In this document: positions 8,851-16,231 of the stretch, one piece after another
How the letters are laid out: each line of letters begins with the position of its first letter
How positions within the stretch are numbered: position 1 is the first letter of the stretch
NCBI GenBank assembly: GCA_043750125.1
Contig: JAYVCD010000363.1
Coordinates: 1 to 38,630, forward strand
Direction of reading: 5' to 3'
DNA: 38,630 bases
DNA from: Archangiaceae bacterium
GTDB lineage: Bacteria > Myxococcota > Myxococcia > Myxococcales > Myxococcaceae
Position numbers and translations under genes: made by a program
Notes under the pieces: generated by a model
Databases searched by the model: none
What the model was told of the DNA's origin: nothing
The model's input: the letters and a program-made list of their open reading frames with translations, nothing else

Positions 8851-9413
8851 CCGACCTTCTCGCGCGGAGCGTCGGCCCACAGACCTTCGAGGTCATAAAA
8901 GCCGCGCGCGTCCGAAAGGAACAGGTGGGCGATCACCTCGCCGTAGTCGAGCAGCACCCAGTTTCCGGTCTGCTCACCCTCCCGGCCGATCGGCTTTTTT
9001 CCTTCCGGGCGCAGCTTGTCTTCCACGCCCTCGGCCAACGCATTCACCATTCGCTCGGTGTCGCCCGAAGCGACCACGATGTAGTCCGCGTAGGACGCCT
9101 TGCCGCGGACGTCGAGCACCAGCACGTCGGTGCCCTTGGTATCGACGATCGCGTGGGCGATCTTGTGCGCCAGCGCTTTGGCTTCCGGGTTGTCTTTGAT
9201 CGGCCCGAACGAGCGTTCTGGCGGCTTGCGCTTTTTCTTCGTCGCCGGGCGCTTCAGACCCGGGCGCTTGCCCTTCGTCTTGCCCTTGACCGGCTTCTTC
9301 GCCGTGGTTTTCTTCGCCGTCGTTCTTTTCCCCGCCGGCTTCTTCTTGCTCTTGTCCTTCGCGGCCGCCTTGGAAGACGGTTTGGAGGATTTCTTCTTTT
9401 TCGCAGGTGCCAT
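8847..9413 (-). CDS. rsfS: Ribosome silencing factor with a long Lys-rich N-terminal extension
   Basis: DTKGTDVLVLDV, ADYIVVASG, WVLLDYGEVIAHLF, RGFYDLEGLWADAP. The first ~65 aa are K/A/P/T-rich. Confidence 0.95.
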   Translation of the reverse strand: MAPAKKKKSSKPSSKAAAKDKSKKKPAGKRTTAKKTTAKKPVKGKTKGKRPGLKRPATKKKRKPPERSFGPIKDNPEAKALAHKIAHAIVDTKGTDVLVLDVRGKASYADYIVVASGDTERMVNALAEGVEDKLRPEGKKPIGREGEQTGNWVLLDYGEVIAHLFLSDARGFYDLEGLWADAPREKVG

Positions 9414-9426
9414 GGCCGCAGACCTC

Positions 9427-10674
9427 TTAGCGGACCTGCCCCTTACCCTCCACCACGTACTTCTGAGCCGTCAGTTCCTTCAGCCCCATCGGCCCGAAGG
9501 CGTGCAGCCGGGACGTGCTGATTCCGACCTCCGCGCCCAGCCCCAGCTGCCCCCCATCGTTGAACCGGGTCGAGGCATTGACCATCACCGCCGACGCGCA
9601 GACCTCGCGGGTGAAGCGGTTGGCCCGCTTGCGCGAGCGGGTGATGATCGCCTCGGTGTGCTCACTGCCGTAGCGGGCAATGTGGTCCAGCGCCCCGTCG
9701 AGTCCGTCGACCACCTTGACCGCCAGGATGAGAGAGAGGAACTCCTGCCCGAAATCGGCCTCCGTCGCCTTGCTCGCCGACACTTTCGCCTTCCGCAGCA
9801 GCGCCAGCGCCGCCGGGTCGGCCCGAAGCTCGACCCCCGCTTTCACCAGCGCCACGCCCGCCGTGGGCAGGAAGTCGGCCGCGATCTTCGCGTCCACCAG
9901 CAGACATTCGGCCGCGTTGCACACCCCCGGTCGAGAGGATTTTGCGTTCACGATGATCGCCAGCGCTTTCTTCAGGTTCGCCTTCCCGTCGACGTAGACG
10001 TGGCACACGCCCTTGTGGTGCTTCACCACCGGAATCCGCGCGTGCTCGCTGACGAAGCGGATCAGCCCGTCGCCCCCCCGGGGAATGCAGAGGTCGATTT
10101 GTCCTTCGAGCTGCAGCAGCTGCAGCAGCTGATCGCGGTCTGCGGTGGGCACGATTTGAATGCACTCGCCCGGCAGGCCCGCCCGGGTCAGGCCGCGCTG
10201 CAGACAGGCGGCGATCACCAGGTTGGTCCGCAGCGACTCGCTGCCCCCGCGCAGAATCACCGCGTTCCCGCTCTTGAGGCACAAGGCCGCCGCGTCGCTG
10301 GTGACGTTCGGGCGCGCCTCGTAGATCATCAACACCGTGCCCAGCGGCAGCCGCTGCTTGCGCACCCGCAGCCCATTGGGGCGCTGCCAGGAATCCGTCA
10401 CTTCGCCGACCGGGTCCGGCAACTTCGCCACCGCTTCGATCGCCTCGGCCATCGCTTCGAGCCGCTCTTCGTTCAGCTCGAGCCGGTCGAGGAATGCCTC
10501 GTCTTTTTTCGCCGCCTTCGCGTCGGTTACGTCCAGCGCGTTCTGCGCCAGCACCAGCTTGCCCTGCTTGCGCAAGACCGCCGCCATCGCCTTCAACGCC
10601 TGGTTCTTTTGCTTCGTGCTCGCCGCCGAGAGCACGCGCCGCGCCTTCTTTGCTGCCGCTGCAAGTTCCTGCAT
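9427..10674 (-). CDS. proA: Gamma-glutamyl phosphate reductase (glutamate-5-semialdehyde dehydrogenase)
   Basis: IYEARPNVT, CLKSGNAVILRGGSE, GVCHVYVD, RPGVCNAAECLL, VNASTRFNDG, EVGISTSRLHAFGPMGL. Confidence 0.97.
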   Translation of the reverse strand: MQELAAAAKKARRVLSAASTKQKNQALKAMAAVLRKQGKLVLAQNALDVTDAKAAKKDEAFLDRLELNEERLEAMAEAIEAVAKLPDPVGEVTDSWQRPNGLRVRKQRLPLGTVLMIYEARPNVTSDAAALCLKSGNAVILRGGSESLRTNLVIAACLQRGLTRAGLPGECIQIVPTADRDQLLQLLQLEGQIDLCIPRGGDGLIRFVSEHARIPVVKHHKGVCHVYVDGKANLKKALAIIVNAKSSRPGVCNAAECLLVDAKIAADFLPTAGVALVKAGVELRADPAALALLRKAKVSASKATEADFGQEFLSLILAVKVVDGLDGALDHIARYGSEHTEAIITRSRKRANRFTREVCASAVMVNASTRFNDGGQLGLGAEVGISTSRLHAFGPMGLKELTAQKYVVEGKGQVR

Positions 10675-10700
10675 GCCCGTCTGTATATTCGCTCGACGAG

Positions 10701-10740
10701 AAAAATCAGCCCCCGAGTTCCTTCGAGGGCAGGGCGCTGA
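10701..10740 (-). terminator. Candidate Rho-independent terminator 26 nt upstream of the proA start
   Basis: Minus strand reads TCAGC-GCCCTG-CCCTCGA-AGGAAC-TCGGGG-GCTGA-TTTTT: a GC-rich hairpin with an internal loop, followed by five T. Confidence 0.55.
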
Positions 10741-11015
10741 GACCCACAGCTCTCAAATCGCCACCGGCCGACAGGCTTGGCGCGCGCGCACAAGCATGGA
10801 AACACCGGGCAAGGACGCTGCTTCGCATGTCGCCTTCCGGGTCCGGTGCGCTGCGCAGCGGCTCTGGACGAGGCGCCCCCAGTGTTGCGTCGACGTCAGG
10901 CCAGAGCGACCGGGTTGACCGAACGGCCGGACGAACTTTGCACCGCCCACGCCCAGAGGAGTGCACTGGGTTGAACGATCTCGAGGGGTGGTCGGAAGGA
11001 CAGGCCCCTCTGCAA
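10701..11015 (-). ncRNA. Candidate structured ncRNA or cis-regulatory leader of unknown class
   Basis: No credible ORF. A tightly packed series of hairpins, a possible closing helix and a loop-distal complementarity (see findings). No family recognised. Strand inferred from the terminator; G-U evidence for strand is mixed. Confidence 0.4.
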
Positions 11016-11035
11016 CGGGTGAGCGGACCTACCGC

Positions 11036-11356
11036 TCAGAGCCGGAAATACACTTTCGCCACCCCGAACAGGCCCAACACCGCGCAGAACGCCCACGCGG
11101 GCGCGAACAGAATCTTGAATCTCAGATCGAACGCCGCCAGCGACAGATTCCACGGCACGCTGAGCAGCAGCCCCATCGCCAGACCCTGGTCCTCAGTGAA
11201 GGGCCTGCCGAGCACCGCACTCACCACCGGAGCGAGCGCCATCGACCCGACCGCAGGCAGCAACGAAATGCCGAAGAGCCCGAAGCTACCGAGCACCGGG
11301 ATCTTCGAGAGCTCGACAAATTGTTGGCGACTCGAAGCGACCTGAATCGGAATCAT
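11036..11356 (-). CDS. Small integral membrane protein (~3 TM), unknown function
   Basis: 106-aa hydrophobic ORF MIPIQVASS...VAKVYFRL filling the gap between neighbours. Confidence 0.65.
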   Translation of the reverse strand: MIPIQVASSRQQFVELSKIPVLGSFGLFGISLLPAVGSMALAPVVSAVLGRPFTEDQGLAMGLLLSVPWNLSLAAFDLRFKILFAPAWAFCAVLGLFGVAKVYFRL

Positions 11357-11399
11357 CTCGCGCGCGCGGCTGCCCGTCCTGTTCAGGCCCGCCCACGAC

Positions 11400-11615
11400 C
11401 TACTTCTTACAGCCGGCCGAACACGCCTTGTACGAGGCGGTACAAGCGTTGATGCAGGGGGACGAGTGGAAACAGCTGACCGCGCAGCCCTTGTTCGTGC
11501 CGCTGCACGCTTTCTCACACGTGTTGTCCACGCCGGCAGGCACCTTTTTCGCCGCCTGGGCAGGGACACTGAGCGCGCACATCGACAACATCAGGCACAG
11601 AGCAAAACGCTTCAT
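11400..11615 (-). CDS. Small secreted Cys-rich peptide (4x CX3C)
   Basis: AAGGAGA RBS; signal peptide ending AQA; mature part CEKAC-X6-CAVSC-X5-CINAC-X6-CSAGC. Confidence 0.8.
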   Translation of the reverse strand: MKRFALCLMLSMCALSVPAQAAKKVPAGVDNTCEKACSGTNKGCAVSCFHSSPCINACTASYKACSAGCKK

Positions 11616-11726
11616 CGGGTGGTCTCCTTGAAAAAGGCGCGCAGCCTCTGTGGCGTCGCAGCAGAAAGCAAGCCGCGCACGCCGGGACGCACCTGCCCCA
11701 GAACCTGGAGTAAAGCGCCGCGTTCG

Positions 11727-12035
11727 ATGACCGACCGCGAAACCCAATTCAAGCAACTGGTGGCCGAGTTTCCCGATTCGCCGATGGGACATTTTTCCCT
11801 GGGCAAGCTGTACCTCGAGCAACAGAAATGGCCGCAAGCCGTCACCTGCTTTCAGACCGCGGTGAAGCTTGATCCGAGCTACGCCGCCGGACTCGTCGCC
11901 CTGGGCGATGCCTGGGCCGGTGCCGGGGATGTTCAGCAGGCCCGCGCCGCGTGGGAACAGGCCCTGAAGACTCCTCACGGCCAGAAAGATCAAAGTCTGC
12001 AAGCCGATCTGCAGCAGAGAATCGCCGACCTTTAG
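11727..12035 (+). CDS. Small tetratricopeptide repeat protein
   Basis: PDSPMGHFSLGKLY...AVKLDPSYAAGLVALGDAW...ARAAWEQAL, i.e. two TPR motifs. Confidence 0.85.
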   Translation: MTDRETQFKQLVAEFPDSPMGHFSLGKLYLEQQKWPQAVTCFQTAVKLDPSYAAGLVALGDAWAGAGDVQQARAAWEQALKTPHGQKDQSLQADLQQRIADL

Positions 12036-12046
12036 GCTCGGGCCGA

Positions 12047-12437
12047 ATCGGTTTCGCCGGGCTGCGCGCCGCGCAATCGACAGAGCTCGCGCTCTACGAA
12101 GAGCTCTCCGCGCGCGCGAACCTCGAGCTCTTCGGCGCGCTCTACGGGCTGAAAGGACTTCCGCTCGCGCAAGCGATCTCCCCAGGCCGCCCGTGGGATG
12201 TCGATCTTCGCCGTCTTGCTGATGGTGATGCTCGGCGGCGCCTGGTTTCCTTCGTTCATGTTTCCTCCCGCCCTGCAGCAGCTCACCCTCGCCATTCCGA
12301 CCCGCTGGGCCATCGATGGAATGGACGCCATGACCTGGCGCGGTCTGGGGCTCGAGGCCGCTTTGCCTTCCGTCATCGCGTTGGTCGGCTTTGCCGCCGT
12401 CTTCGCCGTCTGGCGGTTTCGGTGGGACGCCGCCTGA
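12047..12437 (+). pseudogene. Collapsed ABC-2 exporter remnant (ATPase fragment next to a permease C-terminus)
   Basis: One frame gives an ATPase-type fragment (ELALYEELSARANLELFGALYGL) with no Walker motifs. Another frame gives only the last ~79 aa of an ABC-2 permease (MLGGAWFP...PTRWAIDG...FAVWRFRWD). Confidence 0.7.
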
Positions 12438-12790
12438 GCTCGAAGCGCCTGCTTCGTTCATCGGCGCGTCAGCCAGGTTGAGGTGGACGAGGCCCCGCTC
12501 AAGGCCACCTTGTCAGCTCGATGAGAGGCCTTGAGCCTCTTCCTGGGCTCGCTGCCCGGAAAAGAAGGCGAGTGCCCACGCCAGCGATCGTCCCCGCGCG
12601 CCGGGCAGTGCGGGCTTGAATCGCTCCACCGCGTTCAGACTTTTGACCCGGTGGAACGGGGCTCTTCCTGGCGTTTGTTGGCCAGGGCCTCGACCTTGGC
12701 CCTTTCACCACATCCCCATGTGGCGGTTGGGCCAGGCCCAGCGTTTCGGAATCAAAAATGCACCCTCCTGCCTGCTCAAGGAGAAAACCC

Positions 12791-13048
12791 ATGGCTCAAG
12801 TCACCCGCTCCCGCTCCCGCTCCATCGTCACTGGAGCGTCCAGCGGCATCGGTTTCGAACTCGCCCGTCTCGCCGCTCTCAGCGGCTTTGATCTCGTCGT
12901 TGCAGCAAACGATGAGCGCATCTCGCAGGTCGCCCAGACACGTCCAGCGACCCACCCAGCTCGACCGCAGGAGGCAGCTCCCAGCGGAACAACCGCGCGC
13001 CCAGTCCCCGCGACGTGGCCAGGCTCGAGCTCAGAGCCCGGGCCGTAA
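12791..13048 (+). pseudogene. 5' fragment of a short-chain dehydrogenase/reductase
   Basis: AAGGAG RBS; IVTGASSGIGFELARLAALSGFDLVVAA (Rossmann TGxxxGxG). Similarity is lost after ~50 codons and there is no YxxxK motif. Confidence 0.7.
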
Positions 13049-13148
13049 GTAAGGCCGGTAGGGCGCCGGACACGCGGGGAGCACCACCCACGCCATACCG
13101 AATGCCGCCCACCCCCCGCCTCGACGCATCGGGGGCTTTTAACCTCGT

Positions 13149-13608
13149 TCAGCCGCGCGTCACCCACTTCGTCGACAAATCCCCTTACCTGCTCGGCCAG
13201 CGCTTCGTCGCGTCCATCCGCGGTCGGATACTGGTGAGCAGGAAATGCCCGAGGTGGTTGGTGCCCATCTGCTGCTCGATGCCCAGCGAGGTCAGGCCCA
13301 ACGAAGTGGCCATGATCCCCGCGTTGTTGATCAACAGGTCCAGAGGAGTGCCTTGCTGGAGGTAGCCGGCGGCGAAAGCCCGAACGGAGGCCGGGTCCGC
13401 CAGGTCCAGCTTCGCCACCGAGGGCTTGCCTGCGTCTTTGGGAAGCGCCGCCCGCAGGTCTTCCGCCACCTTGTTTCCCGCCTCGACCGAGCGGCAAGCC
13501 AGCGTCACGTCTGCTCCTCCCAGCGCGAGAACCCGCGCGGTCTCTGTCCCCAGCCCCGCGCAGCGCCTGTTCCGCCGTGCTTCGCTTTCCCAGATTGGCT
13601 GAGGTCAT
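13149..13608 (-). pseudogene. Retinol-dehydrogenase-like SDR pseudogene with internal deletions and frameshifts
   Basis: Pieces in different frames: N-terminus MTSANLGKRSTAEQALRG; AGLGTETARVLALGGADVTLACR...LDLLINNAGIMA...TNHLGHFLLT; C-terminal DGRDEALAEQ and DLSTKWVTRG-stop. The catalytic middle is missing. Confidence 0.8.
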
Positions 13609-13774
13609 CCGCCTGTCTATTGGGCTGCGTCTCGCCCCGCAACCTCATCGAGCGCTGGCGACGCGGACGCCGCGCTGAAAGAGTGGCCGGATGCAACGCG
13701 CGTTCGTCCTGCTTTCCCCTCTGCACTCCAACTCACATCGTCCGTTCCTGCCCCAGCGGTAGTCACCCGAAGTC

Positions 13775-14812
13775 ATGTCCCCTCGCGCTCGATTGCGTCT
13801 TGGTTTGCTCTGCGTCGTTCTCGGCGCGTGCAGCCCTCCCGCGGGCTCGCCGCGGACTTTCATCGCCGGCCCTTCGTGTCCCTTGACCGGCGCGGTGTTC
13901 GGGGCGGTCCCCCTCGGCAGCGATGTGGTGCTGAGCCTCTTCGAGCTCGATGCGCTTCAGCAGTTGCAGTTGTCGGACTGCTCGCAGCAAAAGCGCTGGG
14001 ACACCGCTCCGGGCCCCCGCGCGCTGATCAGCCTGGGTCCGGGCTTCGCCAGTGCGTCGTCGAACGCGCTGAACTTCTCGCCTCTCAACGGGGGGGCCAC
14101 CTCGCTGTCGACGACGCCGGGCCCTTCATCCCTGCTCGCCACGGACCTCGACGCGGACGGGAACCCGGAACTCGTCGCCACCCTTGGCGCGACCGCGGCC
14201 GAAGCCAAAGTCGTCGTGCTGCGCCTCACCCAGGGAACGTTGGGCGTGATTCAAGAGCTTCCCCTCACCGCCTCCGCAGCGCTGGCGAGCGTGGATCTCG
14301 ACGGCGATTCGGATCTCGACGTGCTCGTCGCGCGCACCAATGAAAACCGGCTGACCGTGCTCGAAAACGTCGCTGGCTCGCTCGTGGCGGGCGCCGACAT
14401 TCCGGTCTGTGACGAGCCCTTTGCCTTGACCCCGGTGCAGACCCCCGGCGCCCTTCCGATGCTTGTCGTCACCTGTCGAACCGGGGGCCTGGAGCTGCTG
14501 CGGCAGGTGAATGGCGCCTGGACCCATCAGAAGCTTCCGCGGGCCGGCACTCTTTACGAGACAGTGGTGGCGGACTTCGATCGCGACGGCTGGCTCGACT
14601 TCGCCAGCGTGGATCCATTCGCCCACCGGCTGGTCCTCTGGTGGGGAAAATCTTCAGGGCAGTTCGACCCGCCCGCAGAGTTTCCAACCCCCCGGGGACC
14701 GATTTTGCTGCGGGCGTTCAATTTTGATAGGGATGCGCGGCCCGACTTATTGGTGCTCGCGTTTCAGGACCGGAGCGTCACCGTTTTTCGGCTCAAGGAA
14801 GAACTTCGATGA
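13775..14812 (+). CDS. FG-GAP/VCBS repeat (beta-propeller) lipoprotein
   Basis: Lipobox VLGA-C; repeats DLDADGNPELV, DLDGDSDLDVL, DFDRDGWLDF, NFDRDARPDLL. Confidence 0.85.
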   Translation: MSPRARLRLGLLCVVLGACSPPAGSPRTFIAGPSCPLTGAVFGAVPLGSDVVLSLFELDALQQLQLSDCSQQKRWDTAPGPRALISLGPGFASASSNALNFSPLNGGATSLSTTPGPSSLLATDLDADGNPELVATLGATAAEAKVVVLRLTQGTLGVIQELPLTASAALASVDLDGDSDLDVLVARTNENRLTVLENVAGSLVAGADIPVCDEPFALTPVQTPGALPMLVVTCRTGGLELLRQVNGAWTHQKLPRAGTLYETVVADFDRDGWLDFASVDPFAHRLVLWWGKSSGQFDPPAEFPTPRGPILLRAFNFDRDARPDLLVLAFQDRSVTVFRLKEELR

Positions 14813-16080
14813 CCCATCGCCCGCTCTCGTACGTCGCCGGGGTCCTCGGCCTCGCGCTCTTCGTCGTCCTCGCCACTGCCTCTTGCGGCGTCCCCAAGAC
14901 GGACTGCGCCACGACCTGCAAAGGGTGCTGCAGCGCCGCGGGGGTCTGCGATGCGTTCGGAGATTCTGCCCAGCGCTGTGGGACCCAGGGAGCCCTCTGC
15001 AAGACCTGTTCGACCGGCCAGGCCTGTTCGAGCGGAACGTGCTCGGGCACGGGCGGGGCGGGCGGCGCGGGCGGGGCGGGGGGCGGCACCGCAGGGTGTG
15101 ACCAGAACAACTGCAACGGCTGCTGTGATTCCGCCGGCGTTTGCCAGCTGGGCTTGAGCGCCACCGCCTGCGGGTACGGCGGGACCTGTGCGGTCTGCGT
15201 CGGCACCCAGGCCTGTGTCGGCCTCTCGGCGCCGACCTGCACCACCCCCGGCTGTGCCGGCTGCAGCGGCCCCACTGGCGCCTGCGTCACCGTTCTGTCC
15301 GACGCTCAATGCGGCAGCGGCGGAGCCGCCTGTTCCAGCTGTGCGTCCTCAGGCGCCACCTGCACCACGGCCACCGGCGTCTGCTCGGGCGGAGTGTGTG
15401 GAGGCTGCCGCAACGCCGCCGGAGTCTGTCAGTCCGGCTCGACCCGCGGCTATTGCGGCACCGGCGGGGTGGCCTGTCTTGCCTGCGGTCCCAGCCAGAT
15501 CTGCGTCAACGCGGTGTGCGTGACCGGAGGCACCGGCGGCGGCGCGGGTACCGGTGGGGGCGCGGGTACCGGTGGAGGCGCAGGCACCGGTGGAGGCACG
15601 GGCACCGGCGGCGGCGCCGGCGGGGCGGGCGGGGGGAACAGCGACATCGTTCCTGACCCGGGTACGGCCGTCGGAGCCGAATGGAAGGACATCGAGCCCA
15701 ACGATCGGCCTTCTCAAGCCGTCCCCGTCGGCATCCTCTCGACCGTCTGGGCCGGCTTCGTGATGCCCTACACCACCATCAACAGCGCCACCGACAAGGA
15801 CTTCTTCGTCTTTCGAACCGGGACAGCCGCTCAGCTGCAAACCTCCTCGCTGCTGCTGTGCTGGTCGGGGATGTTCAACCTGCTCGACCTGTACCTGTAC
15901 TCAGTCGACGCCCAGCAACACCAGGGTCCCCTGGTCAAGGCGTGGACTTCGACCGGCGCAGGGTGCGAGACGGCGTTTCAGGGCAACGGCGCTGCCGCTG
16001 GCCTCGCCCCGGACACGGTGTACCTGCTCGAGGTGCGGGCCGCCCCCGGCGCAGTCGTGCCAACCCGATACAACGCTTGA
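14809..16080 (+). CDS. Cys-rich lipoprotein with Gly-rich linkers and a C-terminal PPC-like (EPND) domain
   Basis: Lipobox ATAS-C; four CxGC..GxC...CG..G..C..C modules; GGAGTG linker; DIEPNDRP...DKDFFVF...YLLEV. ATGA overlap with the upstream gene. Confidence 0.85.
   Translation: MTHRPLSYVAGVLGLALFVVLATASCGVPKTDCATTCKGCCSAAGVCDAFGDSAQRCGTQGALCKTCSTGQACSSGTCSGTGGAGGAGGAGGGTAGCDQNNCNGCCDSAGVCQLGLSATACGYGGTCAVCVGTQACVGLSAPTCTTPGCAGCSGPTGACVTVLSDAQCGSGGAACSSCASSGATCTTATGVCSGGVCGGCRNAAGVCQSGSTRGYCGTGGVACLACGPSQICVNAVCVTGGTGGGAGTGGGAGTGGGAGTGGGTGTGGGAGGAGGGNSDIVPDPGTAVGAEWKDIEPNDRPSQAVPVGILSTVWAGFVMPYTTINSATDKDFFVFRTGTAAQLQTSSLLLCWSGMFNLLDLYLYSVDAQQHQGPLVKAWTSTGAGCETAFQGNGAAAGLAPDTVYLLEVRAAPGAVVPTRYNA
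15526..15636 (+). repeat. Imperfect 18-bp coding tandem repeat (GGAGTG linker)
   Basis: About five units like GGCGCGGGTACCGGTGGG. Confidence 0.75.
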
Positions 16081-16231
16081 TGAAGCAATAACTCGTCCCG
16101 GGCGGACGAGAAAAACACCGAAGAGTTGAGCGACAGCTTCGCCTCCGTCAGGACGAGGTCCTTTGAGCCCTCTAGAACGAGGGTAAGCTGCAGCCCTTTT
16201 CCGCTGCGAGGGGCACGTCCTGGTCGACACG

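Noticed and set aside
10817-10846. SRP-RNA-like words on the minus strand (CCGGAAGG...GAAGCAGC)
   Set aside because: Extra bases separate the two halves and the CAGG of helix 8 is missing, so the SRP geometry cannot form.
10925-10950. Cobalamin-riboswitch-like CGGTGCAAA on the minus strand
   Set aside because: The flanking AGGGAA, GCCACTG and B12-box elements are absent.
16087-16115. Hairpin CTCGTCC/GGACGAG after the 14809-16080 gene as a terminator
   Set aside because: It is followed by A5, not T, on the coding strand, so it is at most a stabilising stem. The GACGAGAAAAA word shared with 10695-10705 is too short to call a repeat.
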